Shown: positions 1 through 7,950 of the stretch, one piece after another
How the letters are laid out: the number at the start of each line of letters is the position of its first letter
How positions within the stretch are numbered: position 1 is the first letter of the stretch
Translations under genes and position numbers: made by a program
Origin: a virus
Lineage: Duplodnaviria > Heunggongvirae > Uroviricota > Caudoviricetes
Reading direction: 5' to 3' (one strand)
IMG/VR virus record: IMGVR_UViG_2778261349_000008
Coordinates: 1 to 40,068 of that record
Length of the DNA: 40,068 bases
Notes under the pieces: generated by a model
The model's input: the letters and a program-made list of their open reading frames with translations, nothing else
Told to the model about the DNA's origin: nothing
Databases searched by the model: none

Positions 1-1248
1 ATGGCACTGAATATTCCATTCAGAAATGCGTACTATCGTTTTGCATCCAGTTACTCATTTCTCTTTTTTATTTCCTGGTCGCTGTGGTGGTCGTTATACG
101 CTATTTGGCTGAAAGGACATCTAGGGTTGACAGGGACGGAATTAGGTACACTTTATTCGGTCAACCAGTTTACCAGCATTCTATTTATGATGTTCTACGG
201 CATCGTTCAGGATAAACTCGGTCTGAAGAAACCGCTCATCTGGTGTATGAGTTTCATCCTGGTCTTGACCGGACCGTTTATGATTTACGTTTATGAACCG
301 TTACTGCAAAGCAATTTTTCTGTAGGTCTAATTCTGGGGGCGCTATTTTTTGGCTTGGGGTATCTGGCGGGATGCGGTTTGCTTGATAGCTTCACCGAAA
401 AAATGGCGCGAAATTTTCATTTCGAATATGGAACAGCGCGCGCCTGGGGATCTTTTGGCTATGCTATTGGCGCGTTCTTTGCCGGCATATTTTTTAGTAT
501 CAGTCCCCATATCAACTTCTGGTTGGTCTCGCTATTTGGCGCTGTATTTATGATGATCAACATGCGTTTTAAAGATAAGGATCACCAGTGTGTAGCGGCA
601 GATGCGGGAGGGGTAAAAAAAGAGGATTTTATCGCAGTTTTCAAGGATCGAAACTTCTGGGTTTTCGTCATATTTATTGTGGGGACGTGGTCTTTCTATA
701 ACATTTTTGATCAACAACTTTTTCCTGTCTTTTATGCAGGTTTATTCGAATCACACGATGTAGGAACGCGCCTGTATGGTTATCTCAACTCATTCCAGGT
801 GGTACTCGAAGCGCTGTGCATGGCGATTATTCCTTTCTTTGTGAATCGGGTAGGGCCAAAAAATGCATTACTTATCGGAGTTGTGATTATGGCGTTGCGT
901 ATCCTTTCCTGCGCGCTGTTCGTTAACCCCTGGATTATTTCATTAGTGAAGTTGTTACATGCCATTGAGGTTCCACTTTGTGTCATATCCGTCTTCAAAT
1001 ACAGCGTGGCAAACTTTGATAAGCGCCTGTCGTCGACGATCTTTCTGATTGGTTTTCAAATTGCCAGTTCGCTTGGGATTGTGCTGCTTTCAACGCCGAC
1101 TGGGATACTCTTTGACCACGCAGGCTACCAGACAGTTTTCTTCGCAATTTCGGGTATTGTCTGCCTGATGTTGCTATTTGGCATTTTCTTCTTGAGTAAA
1201 AAACGCGAGCAAATAGTTATGGAAACGCCTGTACCTTCAGCAATATAG
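1..1248 (+). CDS. cscB: Sucrose:H+ symporter, LacY-family oligosaccharide permease (host gene)
   Basis: 415-aa ORF with multiple hydrophobic segments; the N-terminus MALNIPFRNAYYRFASSYSFLFF and overall sequence match my memory of CscB and resemble LacY; lies outside the prophage attL. Confidence 0.75.
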   Translation: MALNIPFRNAYYRFASSYSFLFFISWSLWWSLYAIWLKGHLGLTGTELGTLYSVNQFTSILFMMFYGIVQDKLGLKKPLIWCMSFILVLTGPFMIYVYEPLLQSNFSVGLILGALFFGLGYLAGCGLLDSFTEKMARNFHFEYGTARAWGSFGYAIGAFFAGIFFSISPHINFWLVSLFGAVFMMINMRFKDKDHQCVAADAGGVKKEDFIAVFKDRNFWVFVIFIVGTWSFYNIFDQQLFPVFYAGLFESHDVGTRLYGYLNSFQVVLEALCMAIIPFFVNRVGPKNALLIGVVIMALRILSCALFVNPWIISLVKLLHAIEVPLCVISVFKYSVANFDKRLSSTIFLIGFQIASSLGIVLLSTPTGILFDHAGYQTVFFAISGIVCLMLLFGIFFLSKKREQIVMETPVPSAI

Positions 1249-1689
1249 ACGTAAACTTTTTCCGGTTGTTGTCGATAGCTCTATATCCCTCAACCGGAAA
1301 ATAATAATAGTAAAATGCTTAGCCCTGCTAATAATCGCCTAATCCAAACGCCTCATTCATGTTCTGGTACAGTCGCTCAAATGTACTTCAGATGCGCGGT
1401 TCGCTGATTTCCAGGACATTGTCGTCATTCAGTGACCTGTCCCGTGTATCACGGTCCTGCGAATTCATCAAGGAATGCATTGCGGAGTGAAGTATCGAGT
1501 CACGCCATATTTCGCTATCAGGATTCTGTGTGATGGTTACATCGCCCGGCCCAGGGCTGTTTAGTCATCAGCGCTTTCTGACAGTGCTGAGATTTCAACC
1601 TGTTGCAGTAAAAATGAGTAGATATAAGGCAAGTGTGCTGCCAAACCCATCTTTTACGGGGTGAAGGTAGATTTCGTTTGAAGGGTATC

Positions 1690-1704
1690 TGGTGTCCCCT
1701 GCAG
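1690..1704. repeat. attL core: 15-bp direct repeat identical to the 3' end of argW (tggtgtcccctgcag)
   Basis: Exact 15-bp match to 38986-39000 in the same orientation; sequence diverges immediately on both sides. Confidence 0.8.
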
Positions 1705-1777
1705 ACATCTACTTGAAGCGGCAGGGGATTGATTGGAATGGTGTTTTTTAGATGTGAGAAATATTTTACCCGCTATT

Positions 1778-1978
1778 TTACCCATTGGCGCGGCTTAAGA
1801 GCTTATTTTTGAATTCACAATGGTCACGATATAACCATCTTGCTCGCCCGTGGATAACTTTGGCTTTTGGCAGGTCGCCGGACTTAATCCGGTCATAGAT
1901 GAAGGTTTTACCGAAGCCAGTATCGGCCATGATGAATTTCAAATCAACCAGTGAATCAGGCTGTAGTTCGTGTTGCAT
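1778..1978 (-). CDS. torI: Excisionase / recombination directionality factor, AlpA-like winged-helix protein (TorI-like)
   Basis: 66-aa ORF MQHELQPDSLVDLKFIMADTGFGKTFIYDRIKSGDLP... matches my recollection of KplE1 TorI; ATG preceded by GGAG; sits beside attL and across the att junction from the integrase. Confidence 0.7.
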   Translation of the reverse strand: MQHELQPDSLVDLKFIMADTGFGKTFIYDRIKSGDLPKAKVIHGRARWLYRDHCEFKNKLLSRANG

Positions 1979-1997
1979 GAGTGCTATCTCCGAATAG

Positions 1998-2013
1998 GGA
2001 ATCGAACCTGCAA
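1998..2013. repeat. Second argW-derived 16-bp segment (ggaatcgaacctgcaa, T-arm region of the tRNA), about 20 bp upstream of the torI start
   Basis: Exact 16-bp match to 39000-39015 inside argW; in the intact tRNA this segment directly abuts the 15-bp core, here it is separated from the core by the torI gene. Confidence 0.7.
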
Positions 2014-2023
2014 ATCAGGCAAT

Positions 2024-2052
2024 AAAAAACCGCCATCAGGCGTTTTTGTGTT
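2024..2052 (-). terminator. Putative rho-independent terminator at the end of the early-left operon (short GC stem followed by a T-run on the minus strand)
   Basis: cgcc/ggcg stem with ttttttatt on the minus strand, downstream of the 2304-2951 gene; the stem is short, so weak. Confidence 0.3.
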
Positions 2053-2303
2053 CTTTCAGTTCTTCAATTCGAATATTGGTTACGTCTGCATGTGCTATCT
2101 GCGCCCACAGCATCCAGTGGTCATAGCAGTCGTTGATGTCCTCTGCTTCGATAACTCTGTTGAATGGTTCTCCATTCCATTCACCTGTGACTCGGAAGTG
2201 CATTTATCATCTCCATAAAACAAAACTCGCCGTAGCGAGTTCAGATAAAAGAAATCCCCGCGAGTGCGAGGATTGTTATTCACCTTTGACGGCAAGTTGC
2301 AGG

Positions 2304-2951
2304 TTAGCCACGGTTAACCTCCTGCGGCGGTTCTGGCAGCGGCATCCAGTGGGTTACTTTTGATGCAGGTTCTTCTCCAATGTCAGTTACTGCCCACCAT
2401 TTGTTTCTCGACCAATCGTAATACCCTTCGAAGGTATCGCGTCCAGCAAATCCGCGAGACTCCCCAAAAAACCAAACATACTGTTTATCGTCCGGCATTC
2501 GCTCACTACAGCTTATCCAACCATCCGGAGTTACCGGAGAGTTGCCGCGTTCTTTAATGTGCAAGCGAGGCTCACCATCTTTTGGTTCAGGCCACTGGCG
2601 TTCCATGTTGATCTTCAATTTATTTTCCATAGCAGCGGTAATTTCAGCATCACTGATACCAGCACGGCGCTGTGCATCCCACAACAGGAACTGCATATCA
2701 GCCCACTCGCTGAGATCGTCAGGTTCAGCTGCGGCTTCCAGAGCCTCTTTTGAGAGGTGTTTCAGTGGACCAATGGGGCCAACGCAGCCAAATGTGGAGT
2801 CAGACCATTTGGCATGCTCGTGGCGAATCTGTTCGCGTTCCAGTGATGCCAGTGCAATCCGTGCCACTTCCATTTGTTCGCCACGGGTAAGCCCGTTATC
2901 AAGCGGATTTTTAATGAATAATTCGATACGTTCTTTGGTTATAGCGCTCAT
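2304..2951 (-). CDS. Phage early protein with DUF550-like N-terminal and DUF551-like C-terminal regions
   Basis: Start taken at the internal ATG (MSAITKERIEL...) preceded by AAAGGAGAG and overlapping the upstream stop (ATGA); the C-terminal W-rich segment (WISCSERMPDDKQYVWFF...WMPLPEPP) resembles DUF551 as I recall it. Confidence 0.65.
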   Translation of the reverse strand: MSAITKERIELFIKNPLDNGLTRGEQMEVARIALASLEREQIRHEHAKWSDSTFGCVGPIGPLKHLSKEALEAAAEPDDLSEWADMQFLLWDAQRRAGISDAEITAAMENKLKINMERQWPEPKDGEPRLHIKERGNSPVTPDGWISCSERMPDDKQYVWFFGESRGFAGRDTFEGYYDWSRNKWWAVTDIGEEPASKVTHWMPLPEPPQEVNRG

Positions 2952-2952
2952 A

Positions 2953-3903
2953 TCACTCTCCTTTGATGCGAATGCCAGCAAGCCAGTTTCTTATGCCGAT
3001 ATATTCAGCGTTTCTGAAACCGCTTTTTACATATATAAAAGGCAAGCGAAGATTGTGACCATTGGCTGCCAAGTAGTCTTTACAACCCTGCTCGGTGAAA
3101 CAGCAGGTCACGAATTCATCAATATCTTTCACAGCAACGCGACGCCATTTTTCTGGTGGCTCCCGAAAGTTTTCATGAAGTAGTTCGAGACGACGACTTT
3201 GGCGTTTATTGGCTTCATTGCCATCTTCGTCAACCCAGACAATCCGGTCATGGTCATAATCAGCATCAACAACGATTTCGCGCTTTTGATACACACAAAA
3301 CATGGGATCTGACGTTATTCGATTGTCCTGTGTTCGAATATTTTCACCGATGATGCCAAACGAATCTGGTGCAGATTTTGTCTGCATCTCTTCGATACGT
3401 TCAGCCATCGCAGCACACTCTTCAAAGTTGCTTAATGCTTTTCGCTCCCATTCGGCGCATTGTTTTTCCAGTTCTGCTATGTGCTTACTTCCATCCGCGA
3501 TTACTCCCTCGTAATACTCGCGTTGCTCGTTGAGTTTTGATTTTGCTTCCTCAAGCTCAACACGCAGTTTCCCTACCGTTAGCGCAATATCCTCGTTCTC
3601 CTGGTCGCGGCGTTTGATGTATTGCTGGTTTCTTTCCCGTTCATCCAACAGTGCCAGCACGGTAGCTGGACTGGCTGCGGCGATGAATTCAGCATTGGCC
3701 TGCTGTTCCATTTGGAAATCTTCATCGAAACCGCTTTCTGGATGCGCTCCTTCAATTCTGAAAATAGGAATATATCCAGCAGCCTCGCGATGAATTAGTG
3801 CATCATCACCATCAAATCGGCCATCTCCATATTCGAGCGACCACTCGCCACACGTTGCTTTTTCTGCCTTAGCACGCAGTGCCTGATAGTCAATCTTGCT
3901 CAC
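2953..3903 (-). CDS. Ead/Ea22-like early protein
   Basis: 316-aa ORF with N-terminus (M)[21 protein letters not shown] typical of lambdoid Ea22-like proteins; GTG start preceded by AGGAGG; coiled-coil-like acidic middle region. Confidence 0.7.
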   Translation of the reverse strand: MSKIDYQALRAKAEKATCGEWSLEYGDGRFDGDDALIHREAAGYIPIFRIEGAHPESGFDEDFQMEQQANAEFIAAASPATVLALLDERERNQQYIKRRDQENEDIALTVGKLRVELEEAKSKLNEQREYYEGVIADGSKHIAELEKQCAEWERKALSNFEECAAMAERIEEMQTKSAPDSFGIIGENIRTQDNRITSDPMFCVYQKREIVVDADYDHDRIVWVDEDGNEANKRQSRRLELLHENFREPPEKWRRVAVKDIDEFVTCCFTEQGCKDYLAANGHNLRLPFIYVKSGFRNAEYIGIRNWLAGIRIKGE

Positions 3904-4067
3904 TGGTTGCCTCCTTTGCGCAACATCGCATTCAGATATTTGTTTTGATTCACTGATGGAAAAGAATTTCTCTTAAGCAATTCCTCTCTCGATGGCATTG
4001 GCTTTACGCGTTGGCGAATAATCATTTCTGCCGGAAGAATGCCGGGATTGTATGCAAGTCCTCTCAT
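3900..4067 (-). CDS. Hypothetical small protein (55 aa), translationally coupled on both sides
   Basis: ATG overlaps the stop of the upstream gene (ATGA) and its stop overlaps the GTG of the Ea22-like gene (GTGA); below the ORF-track size cut-off; translation [55 protein letters not shown]. Confidence 0.4.
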   Translation of the reverse strand: MRGLAYNPGILPAEMIIRQRVKPMPSREELLKRNSFPSVNQNKYLNAMLRKGGNQ

Positions 4068-4345
4068 GATTTACTCTCAACGAACTGGTCAATAGCCATG
4101 CTAAGTGACATACCTAAAGTTTCGATATGCTGCTGAATATCCTGTAGCGTCTGCGCCTGAGATAACAGGATTTCACGGTTGCATAACTCTTTGACCAGAT
4201 GCTCAAACTTGCTGTAATAACCGATACGACTTAGTGTTTCTTTCCCTGCATTCTCGCCTTCTTTGATAATTCCTCTTTCGCTAAGAATCAGATCGTGTTT
4301 TGTTCCAGTAATAACGTATTTTCCTAGGTCGATGTTTAGCTTCAT
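4064..4345 (-). CDS. Hypothetical early-left protein (93 aa)
   Basis: ORF in the operon orientation, tightly packed with its neighbours; no recognisable family. Confidence 0.5.
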   Translation of the reverse strand: MKLNIDLGKYVITGTKHDLILSERGIIKEGENAGKETLSRIGYYSKFEHLVKELCNREILLSQAQTLQDIQQHIETLGMSLSMAIDQFVESKS

Positions 4346-4361
4346 TGTTAATTACTCCATG

Positions 4362-4676
4362 TTAATTTATTCGTATGCCTGCTCTTTCTTCATCGAGTTT
4401 TTTTAGCTTGTATCGCATAGCTCTCACTGAATAAATTGAGCGGCAGGTTGCAATTGCTATTTCTTCTGCGGAGAACTTACCGAAAAGTGATACTTCGGCT
4501 CTTGTCCAGCGTCTTCCACGAAGTCGGCTAACAATGTCAGCGCCAATCCTTGTTGCTTTCGCCATTACTGCTTTTTCAGTCCTTTCCAGTTTTTCAGCGA
4601 TAACTTCAACTGGCATTGTCGACGCCACTTCGCGCAAGAAATCGACTTCCCATTTCTCCCATGGAGTCTTTTTCAT
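4362..4676 (-). CDS. Hypothetical early-left protein (104 aa), basic
   Basis: ORF in the operon orientation; no recognisable family. Confidence 0.5.
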   Translation of the reverse strand: MKKTPWEKWEVDFLREVASTMPVEVIAEKLERTEKAVMAKATRIGADIVSRLRGRRWTRAEVSLFGKFSAEEIAIATCRSIYSVRAMRYKLKKLDEERAGIRIN

Positions 4677-4687
4677 AGGCGATACCG

Positions 4688-5170
4688 TTATTTGATAAGA
4701 AGTGAAGGTTTCCCAACTTTGAGTTGAGCGCCGGGGATATTTATTCCTGCTTTTAGTTGGTGTTTGATTGCCAGTTTGTCGGCTTTAATTGTCGTTTCAA
4801 ACTCAACGTATTCAGGAGGAAGGGCGCTTGAGTCGATGATTTCTACAGTTTCTGACGGTTTGCGGATTGTTACCTGGTGAATACCTGCTCGAATCTTTTT
4901 CTTGCCAACCATTTCAAGCGATGACGCTATATACGCCATAATGCTGTCAATCTTATTTTGAATTACTGCTGCTCGTTCATTCAGTGACTTTGCCTCGTCC
5001 TTGAGGCGTTCAGCATAACCAGATTCATTTTTAATAATGGCAAGAAGTTGCTCTATTTTATCGGTAAATTCTCCTTCCATTCCTTCTATTGTGTCAGCAA
5101 TCATCTCTGGCTCTAAATCTGAATCCATCAGCTTTGCGTATTCATTGGCTATTTCATACAGTTTGCTCAC
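4688..5170 (-). CDS. Gp157-family protein (phage recombination-associated, often paired with RecT)
   Basis: Coiled-coil-rich ORF directly downstream of recT; probable GTG start (MSKLYEIANEY...) preceded by GGAGG; family assignment from memory. Confidence 0.6.
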   Translation of the reverse strand: MSKLYEIANEYAKLMDSDLEPEMIADTIEGMEGEFTDKIEQLLAIIKNESGYAERLKDEAKSLNERAAVIQNKIDSIMAYIASSLEMVGKKKIRAGIHQVTIRKPSETVEIIDSSALPPEYVEFETTIKADKLAIKHQLKAGINIPGAQLKVGKPSLLIK

Positions 5171-6065
5171 TGGCAACCTCCAGTTTCGCTTTGCATTCTA
5201 TGTAAATGGCTTGTACGTTCTGCTGCAATTTCATTCCAGATGTCAGGCGATATGCTTCTGCAAAATATCGCTTCAAATCATCCATGTTTTCAGCCTGAGC
5301 CATTTCATCACAAAGAAGTTGTGCTTTATCCGTTATTTCCTGCTGGCGTTTCCGTTCATCTTCGCGGATATCTTCCTCTGATTTGTGCGGCATAACTGGT
5401 TCAGTCCAAACACCTTCTTCTTCGTTTAGTACGTGAATAGCACTATCAAGACGTGATGCCTTAGGCCAATACTTGCTTGCACGCTTTACGACCGTCTTTC
5501 GCGCCATCTCATTCCAGTGATTTACCCATGGTCCTTTATCGCTGAATGCCGCCTTGCTTGTTTTCCTTACAGCCTCAATTTCAGCCAGACTCATCTCTTC
5601 CGTTAGATAATCACCTGCTGGCGTCTTAACTGTGCAGTAAACGCCAACGATATCACCACGATCACCGAAGGCGTTGTATTTATGGGTTGGTGCTTTATCA
5701 AGCCCGTTTGACTCATAGGTATCGTTAGCATGAACAAGTTTTGCCTGACCCCATGAGATAACACCAGACTCCATTGCAATATGGAGCAATCCCATATAAC
5801 TGATATCAAGGCACACCATGCCGTCGCGCGGAACCAGATAAGCCAGTTTGCTAGCCGGGTTTAAGGTGATGCCGATCGCCGCAACATTGATGATGGCGTT
5901 CTGTGCGCTGGTTGGATTTGCCAGTGCTGTTTTAGCCAGGTAATCATTTTTCTGGAAATACTGAATTGCAAACTGGCTTTCCTTAGCCCATGTCACCGTC
6001 TGTTCAGTCAATGCCCCGCAGAATAACTGCTCCTGCTGTTTAACGAATTCAACGATATTGCTCAT
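5154..6065 (-). CDS. recT: RecT-family single-strand annealing recombinase
   Basis: 303-aa ORF with the conserved GPWVNHWNEMARKTVVKRASKYWP block shared with Rac RecT. Confidence 0.85.
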   Translation of the reverse strand: MSNIVEFVKQQEQLFCGALTEQTVTWAKESQFAIQYFQKNDYLAKTALANPTSAQNAIINVAAIGITLNPASKLAYLVPRDGMVCLDISYMGLLHIAMESGVISWGQAKLVHANDTYESNGLDKAPTHKYNAFGDRGDIVGVYCTVKTPAGDYLTEEMSLAEIEAVRKTSKAAFSDKGPWVNHWNEMARKTVVKRASKYWPKASRLDSAIHVLNEEEGVWTEPVMPHKSEEDIREDERKRQQEITDKAQLLCDEMAQAENMDDLKRYFAEAYRLTSGMKLQQNVQAIYIECKAKLEVASEQTV

Positions 6066-6373
6066 GCTGCTTCTCCATAAATGTGTCTGCGTTTGAATAT
6101 TGCGAAGGCATATTCAGCCTTAACTCTTTCGGTTATTGCATCCCAGAACCATTCAGCGGCTTTTTCCTGATAGTTACAGTCATCATCTTCCAGCCAGTCG
6201 ATAGCGTCCTTAGTGTGTTCATCTGGTTTATATGAGCGAAGCATTTCGCTTATTGGGTCGCAACGTTTGCAGAGGCGATCAACTTCACTGTTGATTCGTT
6301 CGTAATCTTCATCAGTAAAACTTGCGATTATTTGCGATATTTCACGCTTATCATTCAGAGTCAGAATCATCAT
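6062..6373 (-). CDS. Hypothetical protein (103 aa) upstream of recT
   Basis: ORF overlapping the recT start; acidic; no recognisable family. Confidence 0.5.
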   Translation of the reverse strand: MMILTLNDKREISQIIASFTDEDYERINSEVDRLCKRCDPISEMLRSYKPDEHTKDAIDWLEDDDCNYQEKAAEWFWDAITERVKAEYAFAIFKRRHIYGEAA

Positions 6374-6458
6374 CTTTCTCCTGTTCTTTGTGCTGATTGA
6401 GCATTTTGTTCATCTGACGAATGAATTCTTCGTCTGACCAGTTATCCGTAAAACTCAT
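6351..6458 (-). CDS. Small acidic protein (35 aa) translationally coupled to cIII; possibly kil-like
   Basis: ATG overlaps the cIII stop (ATGA); translation MSFTDNWSDEEFIRQMNKMLNQHKEQEKDDDSDSE; the position matches kil in P22-like early-left operons, but there is no sequence evidence for that identity. Confidence 0.35.
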   Translation of the reverse strand: MSFTDNWSDEEFIRQMNKMLNQHKEQEKDDDSDSE

Positions 6459-6625
6459 GGACGGCCTTGTTGTTTCAAAATATCCCAAAGCTTTTCGAGC
6501 AAACTTTTCATTCTTGGTTGTTTAAAGTCTGCTCCGGTTAAAATATTTTTTCGTGAATGCTGTACCGATAAAATCGGGTTGAAAGGGCGAACCGATGCCG
6601 CCCCTGCAATAGCGAACTGTTGCAT
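6455..6625 (-). CDS. cIII: CIII-like FtsH-inhibitor protein
   Basis: Internal ATG with AGGAG RBS gives a 56-aa protein MQQFAIAGAASV...KSLLEKLWDILKQQGRP resembling lambda CIII (MQYAIAG...WKRLIDILNQPG); the longer ORF 6455-6730 is an N-terminal over-extension. Confidence 0.65.
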   Translation of the reverse strand: MQQFAIAGAASVRPFNPILSVQHSRKNILTGADFKQPRMKSLLEKLWDILKQQGRP

Positions 6626-6858
6626 AGGATGCTCCTTCTGTTTGATTGCATAACGAAAACGCCTCAAGTGAAGCGTTATTGGTATGCATATAAAAAGGCC
6701 CTCACACTGGAGGGCAAAGAAGATTTCCAATAATCAGAACAAGTCGGCTCCTGTTTAGTTACGAGCGACATTGCTCCGTGTATTCACTCGTTGGAATGAA
6801 TACACAGTGCTGTTTTTATTCTGTTGTTTATGCCAAAAATAAAGGTCGACTATGCGGC

Positions 6859-7329
6859 CTAGTAGAATACCCAATTTTCTGTTTCTTGGTTGTGTCCAAA
6901 GTTATATTCAATATCTGGTGTTGATGTATCAATATTCTTCATCCCATCAACAAGAGTTGATACAATAGCCAAATCTTGTTTGATTCTCATTAAATGGTAT
7001 TTCTTCCGGCGCAATAAACTTTCAATGGCAAGTTTCTTCGTTGGGAATGCAAAAGATCTTTCTGCATTTTTTGCTACTTTCTTAATTGCATATCTATTTC
7101 TCTTTTGTTTCCATTCCTGTAACCACTGATTTGGTGCTGGTTTAAAATTAACAATCCAATGCGCAGGAACCAACCATGCATAATGCTCTGTCTGATGAAA
7201 AGCTATATATTGAAGTGCGAATATTTTGATTCCATCTTCTTCAACTGTCGCCTGGAATCTCCAGAAAACAGGCATTCCATCATGTTCAGTTTCTGATTCA
7301 GGAAAAGGTACGCTCCATGATTTTGTCAT
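6859..7329 (-). CDS. Hypothetical protein (156 aa), AT-rich gene between N and cIII
   Basis: ATG with GAGGTGAG RBS 8 nt after the N stop; codon composition visibly more AT-rich than flanking phage genes; no recognisable family. Confidence 0.65.
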   Translation of the reverse strand: MTKSWSVPFPESETEHDGMPVFWRFQATVEEDGIKIFALQYIAFHQTEHYAWLVPAHWIVNFKPAPNQWLQEWKQKRNRYAIKKVAKNAERSFAFPTKKLAIESLLRRKKYHLMRIKQDLAIVSTLVDGMKNIDTSTPDIEYNFGHNQETENWVFY

Positions 7330-7337
7330 ATCTCACC

Positions 7338-7637
7338 TCAAATAAGTGGTTTGCTGCCTAATTTCATTTTCTGGCGACCAACACATGTCACACCCATTTC
7401 ACTGCGTGGCTTGCGGTAGTAAATACGGTTCTGTTTACGCTCGACTTCTTCTGCCTTCTTGCAGCGAAGGCTTCCGAGTGATGCTGCTTTATCTGCTCTG
7501 ACGCAACCAGAGAGCTTTAGCGCAATTTTTCGCGCCAGTCGCTGCTCTTGCATTGCCTGTTCACGTTGAGCCTGTCTGCGTGCTCTGCGGCGATTTCTGG
7601 CGTTATCGTCAGCCAGATATGTAATGACTACTGTCAT
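7338..7637 (-). CDS. N-like transcription antitermination protein (P22 gene 24 analogue)
   Basis: 99-aa ORF immediately downstream of nutL on the PL transcript; N-terminal arginine-rich motif NARNRRRARRQAQREQ; GGAGG RBS. Confidence 0.7.
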   Translation of the reverse strand: MTVVITYLADDNARNRRRARRQAQREQAMQEQRLARKIALKLSGCVRADKAASLGSLRCKKAEEVERKQNRIYYRKPRSEMGVTCVGRQKMKLGSKPLI

Positions 7638-7745
7638 GTTGACCTCCGATGATTGACTTTGGCGGTGACGCGCCGGGTGCTTATCTTCCGGTTGCCGTCG
7701 TGCAGCTGCACTTCACGTCACCCCAAAGCCAACTACTCTTTGGTT

Positions 7746-7786
7746 CCCGCATTTCGGCGGGACAATCCCATCAATGTTAAAGAGCC
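7746..7786 (-). promoter_or_regulatory. nutL: boxA (GCTCTTTAACA) plus boxB hairpin (CCCGCCGAAATGCGGG) on the leftward transcript
   Basis: Reverse complement of this stretch reads boxA-spacer-boxB; the boxB hairpin is identical to the one downstream of cro. Confidence 0.7.
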
Positions 7787-7825
7787 TGCCAATCTGTTCC
7801 GTTTGGCTTCCAGCGTCCTGCTGAT

Positions 7826-7905
7826 GGCTTAAATTTAAGATCTCTTCAATTAATGGTCAAGAGTATTTTTGAAGAAAACTTAAATTTTCTTTCGTAACTT
7901 AAGTT
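7826..7905. promoter_or_regulatory. OL/PL region with P22-type C2 operator-like sites
   Basis: Repeated ATTTAAGA / CTTAAAT half-site motifs (aaatttaagatctcttcaatt; aacttaaatttt; aacttaagttt) between the repressor gene and nutL. Confidence 0.5.
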
Positions 7906-7925
7906 TAGATTTGATTTTTAAAGGA

Positions 7926-7950
7926 AATAAAAAAAGGGGCGAATGCCCCC
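7926..7950 (-). terminator. Rho-independent terminator downstream of the repressor gene
   Basis: GGGGC-gaat-GCCCC stem followed by a T8 run on the minus strand, immediately after the c2 stop. Confidence 0.7.

Noticed and set aside
350-998. ORFs 350-553 (+), 532-717 (-) and 780-998 (-) inside the permease gene
   Set aside because: They lie in alternative frames or antisense within a well-supported membrane-transporter gene and have no RBS support
1970-2363. ORFs 1970-2218 (+), 2095-2295 (-) and 2133-2363 (+) between torI and the DUF550/551 gene
   Set aside because: Mutually overlapping, no convincing RBS, low-complexity translations; the region more likely holds attL arm sites and the operon terminator
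6455-6730. Long form of ORF 6455-6730 (91 aa)
   Set aside because: The N-terminal 35 codons are hydrophobic nonsense with no RBS; the internal ATG with AGGAG gives a CIII-like 56-aa protein, which is what I annotated
6890-7129. ORF 6890-7129 (+)
   Set aside because: Antisense to the RBS-supported 156-aa gene; AT-rich sequence yields chance ORFs
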